This document shows positions 8,578-16,317 of a stretch of DNA of 40,985 nt, one piece after another; position 1 is the stretch's first letter, and each line of letters opens with the position of its first letter. Source of the stretch: Parcubacteria group bacterium (GTDB lineage Bacteria; Patescibacteriota; Patescibacteriia; UBA2169); the NCBI GenBank assembly GCA_016177305.1, contig JACOVK010000061.1:1-40985 (forward strand). The letters run 5' to 3'. Both the position numbers and the translations under genes were made by a program. The notes under the pieces are model-generated. The model was not told where the DNA came from. It was given only the letters and a program-made list of their open reading frames with translations, and did no database searches.

Positions 8578-8975
8578 CACCCCGAGTAATCCCACTTGCC
8601 GGCTTCGCGGCTGATCGCATCCCGGCGCTTCGGTACCACCCTGATTCGGTAATTAAGCGCTAACATCAGCCAAAAAATAGATGCAATCCCCCAGATCAGG
8701 ATAAAAACCGGGGCGCTTAGGTATAGAGTATTAATCTGCCTCAAACTATACAGGATAATGCCGATCAAGCCCATGGTCCAGGCAAAGGAGGAGTATTTCG
8801 CAGCTGCTTTCTTGGCAAAAATATCACCCTTCCTCGCGGACAGGCGGACAATCACGGCAACTGCAATCAAGGCGATGTTCGCCGCCAAAAAAACAGTTGC
8901 CAGATCAGAGGTGAATGGGCCCGGGTTCCGGTTAAAGAGGTATGCGGCGGAAAGGAGATGGAGTATGGTGGCCAT
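8577..8975 (-). CDS. Small integral membrane protein (about 4 TM), unknown function
   Basis: Four hydrophobic segments. It sits in an operon and overlaps yraN by 1 nt. Confidence 0.5.
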   Translation of the reverse strand: MATILHLLSAAYLFNRNPGPFTSDLATVFLAANIALIAVAVIVRLSARKGDIFAKKAAAKYSSFAWTMGLIGIILYSLRQINTLYLSAPVFILIWGIASIFWLMLALNYRIRVVPKRRDAISREAGKWDYSG

Positions 8976-8977
8976 AA

Positions 8978-9523
8978 TTACTGTTGTGCAAGTACCAACC
9001 CAAAATGGTACCTTCCGGCGTCAATAGACGCCTGCTCTGCAAAACCCGCGCTTGCGGCAAGCGCGAGAACGCGGTCCCTGCTTACCCGAGCCTGGGGAGC
9101 CGGGCCAATGCCGGTTTGCCCGGGCAGCCAGTCAACCACAAGCAGGATGCCTTCTTTCTTCAGGGAGCGCTTTGCTTCCGCGAATACCGCAGTTTTGTTC
9201 GCAACTAAGAACAGTATATTCACGAGGAGCACGGCGTCAAGGGACGCGGTCGCGATCTGTGTTGCTCCAAGAATTTCCAAATCAGACCACATAGTGATGA
9301 TGTTGGTGATGCCCGCAACCTGCGCCTCTTTCTTAACTTGCTCCAAAACCGTCTTTTGCACGTCAACCGCGTATACCCTGCCCTTTGGCCCGACCGCGCG
9401 GCTTGCGGCAAATGCCATGTACCCCGAGCCGCACCCCAAATCGGCAACCTGGCCGCCGGGCTGCAGGTTGATTTGTTGGATAATGCGGTCTGGGTTCAAA
9501 AATGTTGCGTCTTGGTTCGCCAT
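8978..9523 (-). CDS. Class I SAM-dependent methyltransferase
   Basis: Motif I is VADLGCGSGY. The ATG at 9523 is preferred over the GTG at 9562 because a terminator-like hairpin and a TATACT -10 box lie between the two. Confidence 0.75.
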   Translation of the reverse strand: MANQDATFLNPDRIIQQINLQPGGQVADLGCGSGYMAFAASRAVGPKGRVYAVDVQKTVLEQVKKEAQVAGITNIITMWSDLEILGATQIATASLDAVLLVNILFLVANKTAVFAEAKRSLKKEGILLVVDWLPGQTGIGPAPQARVSRDRVLALAASAGFAEQASIDAGRYHFGLVLAQQ

Positions 9524-9562
9524 ATGCTTTTTAGTATACAACAAAATGAGCTTATCCGCCAC

Positions 9563-9595
9563 CTAAAACCACCACGAAAGGGGGATGGTTTTAGT
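9563..9595 (-). terminator. Terminator-like hairpin downstream of gdh
   Basis: CTAAAACCA (9563-9571) pairs with TGGTTTTAG (9587-9595). The U-rich tract is part of the 3' arm. Confidence 0.4.
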
Positions 9596-9627
9596 TTTAA
9601 TTCGCGCAACAACCTTTTAGGTATTAT

Positions 9628-10848
9628 TTACTCCATCGCATCAACAATCCTCCGAACCGCAACCATAAACGCGGCAGTGCGCAGCTCAACTCCGTGTTTC
9701 TTGTGCGTATCCCAAACAGCGTTGAACGCGTTTTTCATAACCAACTCAAGCTTGGCAAGCACTTCCCGCTCGCTCCAGTGCTCCCGAGCGAGGTTCTGGC
9801 CCCACTCAAAGTAGCTCACCGTGACCCCGCCGGCGTTCGTGAGCACGTCCGGAGCAACGTAGATTTTTTTTGACCAAAGGATCCCGTCTGCCTCGGGCGT
9901 GGTGGGCCCGTTCGCAAGCTCCAAAACAATCTTTGCGCGGACAGCGCCCGCATTCTCCGCGGTAATCTGGTTCTCAAGCGCGGCCGGAACCAAGATATCG
10001 CACTCCTGCTCTAACATTTCCTGATTCGTGACCTTGGTTCCGGCCGCATAGTCAATCACCGAACCTTTTTCCTGCTTGGCTTTCATAACCGCTTCAAGGT
10101 CCAGGCCGTTCGCGTCGTACACCCCGCCTTTTGAATCTGAAACACCCGCGATAACATACCCAGCGCGTTGCACGAGCTGTGCGAAGTGGTAACCCACGTT
10201 TCCAAACCCCTGAATAACAACCCGCCTTCCGGCTGACTGCATGCCCAGAGAGGCCGCAAGCTCTTCCAGCACGTAAAAGCCGCCCTGTCCGGTTGCCGTG
10301 CCCCGGCCCTCGCTTCCGCCGTACTCAAGGGATTTTCCGGTAAATGCTGCCGCTGTCTTGTCGCCGCTAATTTTTCCGTACTCATCCGCCATCCAGTCCA
10401 TGATTTTCGGATTGGTGTTTACGTCCGGCGCTGGCACGTCTTGGTGCGGGCCAATGTGCTGCGCCATGTTCTGCACCCAGCCGCGCGCGAGCCTTTCCAG
10501 TTCGGATTGCGAAAGCTCTTTCGGGTTCACGGAAACTCCGCCCTTGCCCCCGCCCATAGGAATGTTTACGACCGCGGTTTTGATGGCCATCCAGAACGCC
10601 AAGGCTTTTACCTCGTCCAAATCCACCTGCGGGTGGAAACGGATGCCGCCCTTGTATGGGCCCCTCGCGTTGTTGAATTGCACGCGGTAGCCCTTGAATG
10701 ATTTCTGTGAACCATCATCCATGGCGACCGGGATATCAAACTCATAGATGCGGTCCGGCTCTTTGAGCTTCGCAACCTCGCCCAAATCAAGTCCGAGATG
10801 GGCGGCGGCACCGTCCAATTGCCGCATTGCGTTACTGAATGCTAACAT
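9628..10848 (-). CDS. gdhA: Glutamate dehydrogenase (Glu/Leu/Phe/Val dehydrogenase family)
   Basis: Motifs KGGIRFHP, PMGGGKGG and GFGNVG (the NAD(P) Rossmann motif). I used the ATG at 10848; the track ORF begins at a TTG. Confidence 0.9.
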   Translation of the reverse strand: MLAFSNAMRQLDGAAAHLGLDLGEVAKLKEPDRIYEFDIPVAMDDGSQKSFKGYRVQFNNARGPYKGGIRFHPQVDLDEVKALAFWMAIKTAVVNIPMGGGKGGVSVNPKELSQSELERLARGWVQNMAQHIGPHQDVPAPDVNTNPKIMDWMADEYGKISGDKTAAAFTGKSLEYGGSEGRGTATGQGGFYVLEELAASLGMQSAGRRVVIQGFGNVGYHFAQLVQRAGYVIAGVSDSKGGVYDANGLDLEAVMKAKQEKGSVIDYAAGTKVTNQEMLEQECDILVPAALENQITAENAGAVRAKIVLELANGPTTPEADGILWSKKIYVAPDVLTNAGGVTVSYFEWGQNLAREHWSEREVLAKLELVMKNAFNAVWDTHKKHGVELRTAAFMVAVRRIVDAME

Positions 10849-10908
10849 AGCTCTTCGGTGAATATTAAAAATATACAAACAAACGTTTGTTGCTAGCCGC
10901 CGCGGCCG

Positions 10909-11835
10909 CTACGCTGCGGCTTTTTCCAGCCAGCGCTCCGCATCCAGTTCCGCGGCGCAGCCGGAGCCTGCTGCGGTAACTGCCTGGCGGTACTCGTGGT
11001 CGTGCACGTCTCCGGCCGCAAACACGCCGGGGACGCTCGTCATCGTGCGGTCCTTGAGCACCACATACCCTTTTGCATCAAGCTCAAGTTGGCCTTTGAA
11101 AATTTCCGTATTCGGTGTGTGTCCAATGGCCACAAACAATCCCTGGCACGCGATTTCAGATTCTTTGTTGGTCTTGTTGTTTTTCACGCGCACGCCAGTG
11201 ACGGAATTCTCACCGAGCACCTCAATCACTTCCGTGTTCCAAGTGAATTTGATTTTCGGATTTTTCCTGGCGCGCTCCTGCATGTACGCGCTCGCGCGCA
11301 ATGCATCCCGCCGCACCAGCACGGTAATGGTGTTTGCAAACTTGGTGAGGAACAGGCTGTCTTCCATTGCCACGTCTCCGCCGCCGACCAGCACTATGTC
11401 TTTGCCCTTAAAAAAAAACCCGTCGCATGTGGCGCAGCTGGAAACGCCTTTGCCGCGCAGGCGCTGCTCGGATTCCAAACCAAGCCACCGTGCGGACGCG
11501 CCGGTTGCAATAATCACGGCCGCTGCCTGGTATTCGTCCGCCCCAACCCACACAGAAAAAGGCTGCTTGGAAAAATCAACCGTATCAACTGCCTTATCAA
11601 TTATTTTTGTTCCAAAGCGTTCAGCCTGCTTGCGCATCCTGGCCATAAGCTCCGGGCCTTGGATTCCTTCCGGAAAACCCGGATAGTTCTCTACCTCTGT
11701 GGTGAGCGCGAGCTGGCCGCCGATTTCAATACCGCTGAAAAGTGCTGGTTTAAGCTGTGCCCGAGATGCATAAATTGCCGCAGAATACCCCGCGTTTCCG
11801 GATCCAATAATAATAAGTTTATGCGGTTCAGGCAT
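10909..11835 (-). CDS. trxB: Thioredoxin-disulfide reductase
   Basis: IIGSGNAGYSAA (FAD-binding), the CATCDG redox centre and GGGDVAMEDS. Confidence 0.93.
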   Translation of the reverse strand: MPEPHKLIIIGSGNAGYSAAIYASRAQLKPALFSGIEIGGQLALTTEVENYPGFPEGIQGPELMARMRKQAERFGTKIIDKAVDTVDFSKQPFSVWVGADEYQAAAVIIATGASARWLGLESEQRLRGKGVSSCATCDGFFFKGKDIVLVGGGDVAMEDSLFLTKFANTITVLVRRDALRASAYMQERARKNPKIKFTWNTEVIEVLGENSVTGVRVKNNKTNKESEIACQGLFVAIGHTPNTEIFKGQLELDAKGYVVLKDRTMTSVPGVFAAGDVHDHEYRQAVTAAGSGCAAELDAERWLEKAAA

Positions 11836-11841
11836 AGTTTT

Positions 11842-11855
11842 GGCTAATATTAGCC
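11842..11855. promoter_or_regulatory. Perfect 14-bp palindrome GGCTAATATTAGCC, copy 1, in the trxA-trxB intergenic region
   Basis: Read directly. The 19-nt string TTTTGGCTAATATTAGCCT recurs at 12509-12527. Confidence 0.6.
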
Positions 11856-11856
11856 T

Positions 11857-12177
11857 TTAATTAGCTACTGAATCTAATTTTACCTTTATATCTTCTTTTT
11901 TATGAAGCCCAACCAATACTTCGGCGGGTTTTCCGTCTTTAAATATAATGATTGTTGGAATACTCATAACCCCGTACCGGGAGCTTGATTCTTGATTCTC
12001 ATCAACGTTTATTTTGGCTATTTTTAGCCCTTTTTCCTCATCAGAAAGCTCATTAATAATGGGCCCTTGGATTTTGCACGGCCCGCACCATGGAGCCCAA
12101 AAATCAACAAGTACCACGCCCGAGACCTGCTCAACTTCTTGTTTAAAATTTTGATCAGTAAGTTCTATTGCTGGCAT
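11857..12177 (-). CDS. trxA: Thioredoxin
   Basis: WCGPCK active site, 106 aa. Confidence 0.95.
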   Translation of the reverse strand: MPAIELTDQNFKQEVEQVSGVVLVDFWAPWCGPCKIQGPIINELSDEEKGLKIAKINVDENQESSSRYGVMSIPTIIIFKDGKPAEVLVGLHKKEDIKVKLDSVAN

Positions 12178-12512
12178 GTGTTTTTTATTAACGATGTAGG
12201 GCGAGCGAAATGCAAAGCTAAAAGCTTAGCATTTCCGATGCCCACGAGCTAGTATATATTATAATTTTAATTCAGCATACTGTCTAATAGTAATAATTAT
12301 AGTACTGTGGAAGAAGTGGAAAAGGCTGTTTTTTGGCTAACAGTAGGAATAAACAGGAAATAATTTTTACTAATAACTGTGGTGCGTTGGGGGAGTATAC
12401 TATGGAGTCTTTGTGTATAACATTTGTCAGGAAAAATCCTGACAAGTTATAACAAGCACATGCGCACAGAAAATAAACAAACACCTGTTGAGTTTTACAC
12501 AGGGAATATTTT

Positions 12513-12526
12513 GGCTAATATTAGCC
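12513..12526. promoter_or_regulatory. Perfect 14-bp palindrome GGCTAATATTAGCC, copy 2
   Basis: Identical to the copy at 11842-11855. It is embedded in the AT-rich region next to the DnaA-box-like repeats. Confidence 0.6.
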
Positions 12527-12550
12527 TATTCACAGGAAATCCACAGGCAA

Positions 12551-12559
12551 TGTGGATAA
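12551..12559 (-). promoter_or_regulatory. Perfect DnaA box (TTATCCACA on the minus strand)
   Basis: The + strand reads TGTGGATAA. Weaker boxes: 12412-12420 (1 mismatch), and 12493-12501, 12526-12534 and 12537-12545 (2 mismatches each). Confidence 0.5.
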
Positions 12560-12607
12560 CATTTTAGTGCTATTTTTGCGAGATAGTTATGTTATATTTT
12601 TCTTGAC

Positions 12608-12648
12608 AAACCAAAGATACCCCTGGTTGTGACCAGAGGTATCTTTGG
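12608..12648 (-). terminator. Long hairpin terminator after tRNA-Ala(CGC)
   Basis: CCAAAGATACC.../...GGTATCTTTGG forms a 16-bp stem with 1 mismatch. Its 5' arm starts with the tRNA CCA end, and TTTG follows on the minus strand. Confidence 0.55.
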
Positions 12649-12721
12649 TGGACCTGAGGAGAATTGAACTCCTGGCCTTCGCAATGCGAATGCGACGCTC
12701 TACCAGCTGAGCTACAGGCCC
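12646..12721 (-). tRNA. tRNA-Ala(CGC)
   Basis: GGGCCTG TA GCTCAGCTGGTAGAGC G TCGCA TTCGCAT TGCGA AGGCC AGGAG TTCAATT CTCCT CAGGTCC A CCA. G3:U70 is present. Confidence 0.92.
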
Positions 12722-12782
12722 GCGTCAGCCGCGCGTTGCGGCTTCCGTATCCGGGCTTCGCCCGAATACTCCAGCCTCCACA

Positions 12783-12842
12783 CGCGTCTTCCTTTCAGAT
12801 TTTTTCTTAACTCCGCTAAACGCGGAGCCCAAGAAAAAATCT
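12783..12842. repeat. Copy 2 of the conserved hairpin element. Same outer stem as copy 1, inner stem CTCCGC/GCGGAG.
   Basis: Outer arms at 12797-12808 and 12831-12842, inner arms at 12811-12816 and 12822-12827. The flank TCTTCCT is conserved. Confidence 0.7.
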
Positions 12843-12879
12843 GCGAGAGAGTTTTTAATTTGTTCAATACTGAACAGTT

Positions 12880-12955
12880 TGGTGTCCTCACCAGGACTTG
12901 AACCCGGATCAATGGCTTAGGACGCCACTGCTCTATCCAATTGAGCTATGAGGAC
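12880..12955 (-). tRNA. tRNA-Arg(CCU)
   Basis: GTCCTCA TA GCTCAATTGGATAGAGC A GTGGC GTCCTAA GCCAT TGATC CGGGT TCAAGTC CTGG TGAGGAC A CCA. The anticodon loop gives CCT. Position 32 is G, which is unusual. Confidence 0.85.
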
Positions 12956-13104
12956 GCGATGTAGTCGGATTACATATTTTCTTCGCGTGCAGGTTTGGCC
13001 GCATCAAATTTTTGTTTAAAAATTGACATATTTAATCAAAAATGTTATTATTTTGTTCAACCCATCATGATTTTTTTGACATTTTTAACGAATTATGGTA
13101 TTTC

Positions 13105-13181
13105 TGGTGGACCCGGCGGGGCTCGAACCCGCGACCTTTAGTATGCCATACTAACGCTCTAACCAGCTGAGCTACGGGCCC
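13105..13181 (-). tRNA. tRNA-Ala(GGC)
   Basis: GGGCCCG TA GCTCAGCTGGTTAGAGC G TTAGT ATGGCAT ACTAA AGGTC GCGGG TTCGAGC CCCGC CGGGTCC A CCA. G3:U70 is present. Confidence 0.92.
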
Positions 13182-13852
13182 AAATGTATTATTTTAGGTA
13201 TTTCTTGAAGCTCAAGTAGTATGTCCGCTGAAAAATAATTAATCCTGCAAACTCCCTTATAATCTGGTTTTTTTGATGGTTTTCCTATGGTTCGGGGATC
13301 AATTCTTGCTTTGTAGAATAGAGTCAGCGGAATTAATGTTATGTTTGACCAAAACAACTCAAGCGAACCAATATTTTGATCAGCGCGGCACTGTATTGTG
13401 CACCTGAATTTCATCTCATCAATAGTATAGCAGTTACGGAGAAGGCGCAAGAATAAGCTTATAATGAAAGGCGAGGAGTTTCCAAACGTAATGACCCCTC
13501 GGGTTTTTGATGACCCCTCGGTTATATATAGCAGAGCGAGCGCTATTTTTGCGATGTCAGGATTATAGAGCGCTGATGCGAGGGCGGCGTTGCGTTGTCG
13601 GATTATTTGCATGTAGGCAACGCGCCTCGTTCTGTTGGTCGCCGCAGCATATGTGCGAGCTCGGGCAAGGTTGTCAAGAATCAATACCCTCATTTTTTGT
13701 TCGTACCAGCCTGGAAGTTTAATATCTCTGCACCAGTGGGAAAGGGTTCCTTTTGAGATAGGCACCTTAACCGCTTTCTGGATTTCAGCATATGTCCCCC
13801 CTTTTTTTCGCAGCGAAACAACTTTTTTTTTGATGCGTTTGTGGTATGCCAT
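13172..13852 (-). CDS. AT-rich ORF with an N-terminal HTH and a LAGLIDADG-like endonuclease domain (putative homing-endonuclease-like protein)
   Basis: HTH-like segment GGTYAEIQKAVKVPISKGTLSHW. The segment LALLYITEGSSK..ITFGNSSPFIISLFLRLLRN resembles the LAGLIDADG motif and its following pattern. The composition is clearly more AT-rich than the neighbours. The last 10 nt overlap the 5' end of tRNA-Ala(GGC). Confidence 0.45.
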   Translation of the reverse strand: MAYHKRIKKKVVSLRKKGGTYAEIQKAVKVPISKGTLSHWCRDIKLPGWYEQKMRVLILDNLARARTYAAATNRTRRVAYMQIIRQRNAALASALYNPDIAKIALALLYITEGSSKTRGVITFGNSSPFIISLFLRLLRNCYTIDEMKFRCTIQCRADQNIGSLELFWSNITLIPLTLFYKARIDPRTIGKPSKKPDYKGVCRINYFSADILLELQEIPKIIHLGP

Positions 13853-14004
13853 GATAATACTGTACCATAGAATGACTGTATGTACAACATAGGTTCAAAA
13901 CGCAATTCAATATATGTGGTTTTTAAGGGCGCCAATTAATGAGCACTGTTTTTATTATTTTACGAAGAAACCAGGTTCAGGTATAATGGAGGAATTATTA
14001 ATAA

Positions 14005-14448
14005 GTGTCCTCTATGGCAATGTTCAACGGAAAAGAGAAGGGAGAAAAACAAAAAGGGTTTGAAATGAAAGAAGGGGAGATTGAAACCATCATCGGCGCG
14101 AGCGTAAAAGTGGAGGGGGATTTTAAGAGCGATGGGGATGTGCTGGTGCAGGGGATTGTGAATGGAAGTTTAAAAACCAAAGGCAACCTAAGAGTGGAAG
14201 AAGGGGCTAAGATTAAAGCAAATGTGGAAGCCGCGAATGCGAGCGTCCGTGGCGAGATCGCGGGAAACGTGACCGTAAAAGACAGCCTCCAGCTCGGGGA
14301 ATCCGCGAAAATCGCGGGGGACATCATCACAAAAATTCTTTCCATTGAGCCTGGGGCAGTGCTGCACGGCCACTGTTCAGTTTCCGCCATTGAGCCTGAA
14401 GCCGGCAATGAGCCCGCCATCGTGCAAAAACCGAAAAAAGAAGCTTAA
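14005..14448 (+). CDS. Bactofilin (polymer-forming cytoskeletal protein, DUF583)
   Basis: Repetitive beta-helix pattern: IIGASVKVEGDFKSDGDVLVQGIVNGSLKTKGNLRVEEGAKIKANVEAANASVRGEIAGNVTVKDSLQLGESAKIAGDI. The start is GTG at 14005, with alternative ATGs at 14014 and 14020. Confidence 0.8.
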   Translation: MSSMAMFNGKEKGEKQKGFEMKEGEIETIIGASVKVEGDFKSDGDVLVQGIVNGSLKTKGNLRVEEGAKIKANVEAANASVRGEIAGNVTVKDSLQLGESAKIAGDIITKILSIEPGAVLHGHCSVSAIEPEAGNEPAIVQKPKKEA

Positions 14449-14451
14449 TGT

Positions 14452-15249
14452 ATGTATGCGTACTTCATTGATGATTGGGTGTACGAAAAACATCACCGGA
14501 CATTGGACAAACTGGACCTGCTCCTGACCCAGCAGGGGGTTTCCGGAAGGAAGATACGGCTCTCCCGGCTTTCTGATATGAACGCCAGCATCAGGGACTG
14601 CATTGGAAGCGGCATTAAGACTCTGGTTGCGGTTGGAAACGACGTTACCGCGAGTCGGCTTTTGAACCACGCGCAGAGCCTTAAGCAGAAGGATGCTTTT
14701 TCGTTTGCGTTTTGCGTGGTTCCCATAGGCGAGCCCAACGAAGTAGCGCGCCTGTTCGGGATTCAATCCCTTCCAGATGCCGCGAGTGCGCTTAGCGCTT
14801 GCCAGACCCGGCTGTTTGACCTCGGGCTCTTGAACCAGCGCCACTACTTTGTTACGGCAGCAATCTTCCCTAAAAAATCCGCGCTGCGCTTCCGTTCGTA
14901 CTCCGTGAGCTCCCTGCATCAGGATCACCACCTAAGCGTGTGCAACGGCGACATCTACCGCACCAAAGAAACCGCCGCTTCCAAAAAATTCGTTCCGGAC
15001 GATGGCGTGCTTGAGGCGGTGATTGCGTACCGCCCGAGCGTTTCGTTTTGGAGCCGCGTTCGGGGCAGGCAAGCGAGCGGAGAATACCAGCCCGAAAGCT
15101 TTTTTCCCATAAAAAAGATTACCGTCAGGGGCGCTTCAAAGACCATTTCCATTTTTGCGGACACCGAAAAGCAGCTTTCGTCCCCCATAGACGTGGAAGT
15201 AGTTGCGAGGGAGCTTGAAGCCGTGGTGCGCTCAAAGCGCGCCGCATAG
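14452..15249 (+). CDS. Diacylglycerol-kinase catalytic-domain-like (YegS/LCB5-like) protein with a degenerate nucleotide motif
   Basis: The layout ..IKTLVAVGNDVTASRLLN.. corresponds to ..vva.GGDGT..evvN.., but GGDGT is replaced by GNDVT. Confidence 0.5.
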   Translation: MYAYFIDDWVYEKHHRTLDKLDLLLTQQGVSGRKIRLSRLSDMNASIRDCIGSGIKTLVAVGNDVTASRLLNHAQSLKQKDAFSFAFCVVPIGEPNEVARLFGIQSLPDAASALSACQTRLFDLGLLNQRHYFVTAAIFPKKSALRFRSYSVSSLHQDHHLSVCNGDIYRTKETAASKKFVPDDGVLEAVIAYRPSVSFWSRVRGRQASGEYQPESFFPIKKITVRGASKTISIFADTEKQLSSPIDVEVVARELEAVVRSKRAA

Positions 15250-15256
15250 GCCGAGG

Positions 15257-15574
15257 CTATCCTCGGTTTTGCGTTACCATCTCGGCCGAAAGCCGGGGCT
15301 TGTTTTTTGCGAGCTGCGCTGCTGCTTCTGCTTCAATAGCGCGCGCCACGCTGTCTTCCACAACCATCTTTTCTTTGGTGATGGAAATCACCTGGTCGCG
15401 GTGGATGAGGAGCTCTTCTTTGCTGAAGAGGTGTGAAATGCCGCCCGGCGCAACCCGGTACTGGTACAGGCTCTGCGTTTCAATGTCAACAATGGCGCCC
15501 GCAACCTTTCCCAGGCGCTGGTTGCTTTGGGTTTCTACCGGAAGGTTTAAAATATCATGAAGCGAGAGCAGCAT
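15257..15574 (-). CDS. PRC-barrel domain protein
   Basis: LNLPVETQSNQRLGKVAGAIVDIETQSLYQYRV is a typical PRC-barrel N-terminus. 105 aa. Confidence 0.65.
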   Translation of the reverse strand: MLLSLHDILNLPVETQSNQRLGKVAGAIVDIETQSLYQYRVAPGGISHLFSKEELLIHRDQVISITKEKMVVEDSVARAIEAEAAAQLAKNKPRLSAEMVTQNRG

Positions 15575-15590
15575 AGTGGCGGTTTTGGGG

Positions 15591-16313
15591 CTATTGCGGC
15601 TGCGGGGCTCGTGCCGGCTTTTGGAACAGTATGATCTGCTGGATGAGCGTGGTGAGCGTGTTGATGGTCCAGTATAAGGTCAAGCCGCCCGGCAAGCTGG
15701 CGCCGAACACAACCGTGATCACCGGGGCGATGTACAGCATCTGCTTGTTCATCATGCTGGTCATGCTCTCGTCCGCTGATCCGGGGAGGGCGGGCTGGCG
15801 CTTGTGCACCAGCATCCTGGTTTGCAAGAATTGCAAGGCGCCCGCGATAACGGCGACGACGATGCTTGATTCCTTCAGGTCAAACACTCCGAGGAACACC
15901 ATATTGACCGCGCCCGGCTGCGCGACAAACGAGTAGAGCGCGTCAACACTTCCGGCGGCCACCTCGTCCCTAAGCACCTGGAAGATGGCGAGCAAAAAGG
16001 GCAGCTGGACCAAGAGCGGCAGGCAGGAAGAAAACGGGCTGACCTTTTCCTGCTTGTAGAGCAGCATGAGTTCGCGGCCCTGGCGCTCGCGGTCGTCTTT
16101 GTATTTTTTACGCAGCTCATCAACCTTCGGCTGGATTTCCTGCAGCGCTTTCTGCGAGTGCAGTGAGCGCGCGGAGAGCGGGTACAGAATTATTTTAACC
16201 AATACCGTGAGGCTGATGATAGCCCACCCGAAATCATCGCCCGGAATAATGTTGTGCAGCCAGACCAGGAGGTTCAAAATCGGTTGGTAGAACAAGATGA
16301 CAAACGGATTCAT
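15591..16313 (-). CDS. yidC: YidC/Oxa1 family membrane protein insertase (short form)
   Basis: 240 aa with 5 TM. Synteny is yidD-yidC. The conserved segment is ..IISLTVLVKIILYPLS..S...M..iQP....l..KY. Confidence 0.9.
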   Translation of the reverse strand: MNPFVILFYQPILNLLVWLHNIIPGDDFGWAIISLTVLVKIILYPLSARSLHSQKALQEIQPKVDELRKKYKDDRERQGRELMLLYKQEKVSPFSSCLPLLVQLPFLLAIFQVLRDEVAAGSVDALYSFVAQPGAVNMVFLGVFDLKESSIVVAVIAGALQFLQTRMLVHKRQPALPGSADESMTSMMNKQMLYIAPVITVVFGASLPGGLTLYWTINTLTTLIQQIILFQKPARAPQPQ

Positions 16314-16317
16314 TGGG

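Noticed and set aside
12284-12484. 66-aa ORF in the AT-rich gap.
   Set aside because: There is no RBS or promoter context. The peptide is low-complexity (YYNYYY at its end) and the ORF spans the inverted repeats. It is most likely a chance ORF in non-coding DNA.
13982-13993. TTTACG-17-TATAAT promoter followed by GGAGGA in front of the bactofilin gene.
   Set aside because: The -10 box and the putative RBS are adjacent, so a transcript starting about 7 nt after the -10 box would exclude the RBS. I could not decide between a leaderless or short-leader start and a chance match, so it is not listed as a feature.
14377-14931. 184-aa minus-strand ORF overlapping the bactofilin and DAGK-like genes.
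   Set aside because: It is antisense to two genes that have recognisable family patterns, and its translation has no motif and is Arg/Gly-rich.
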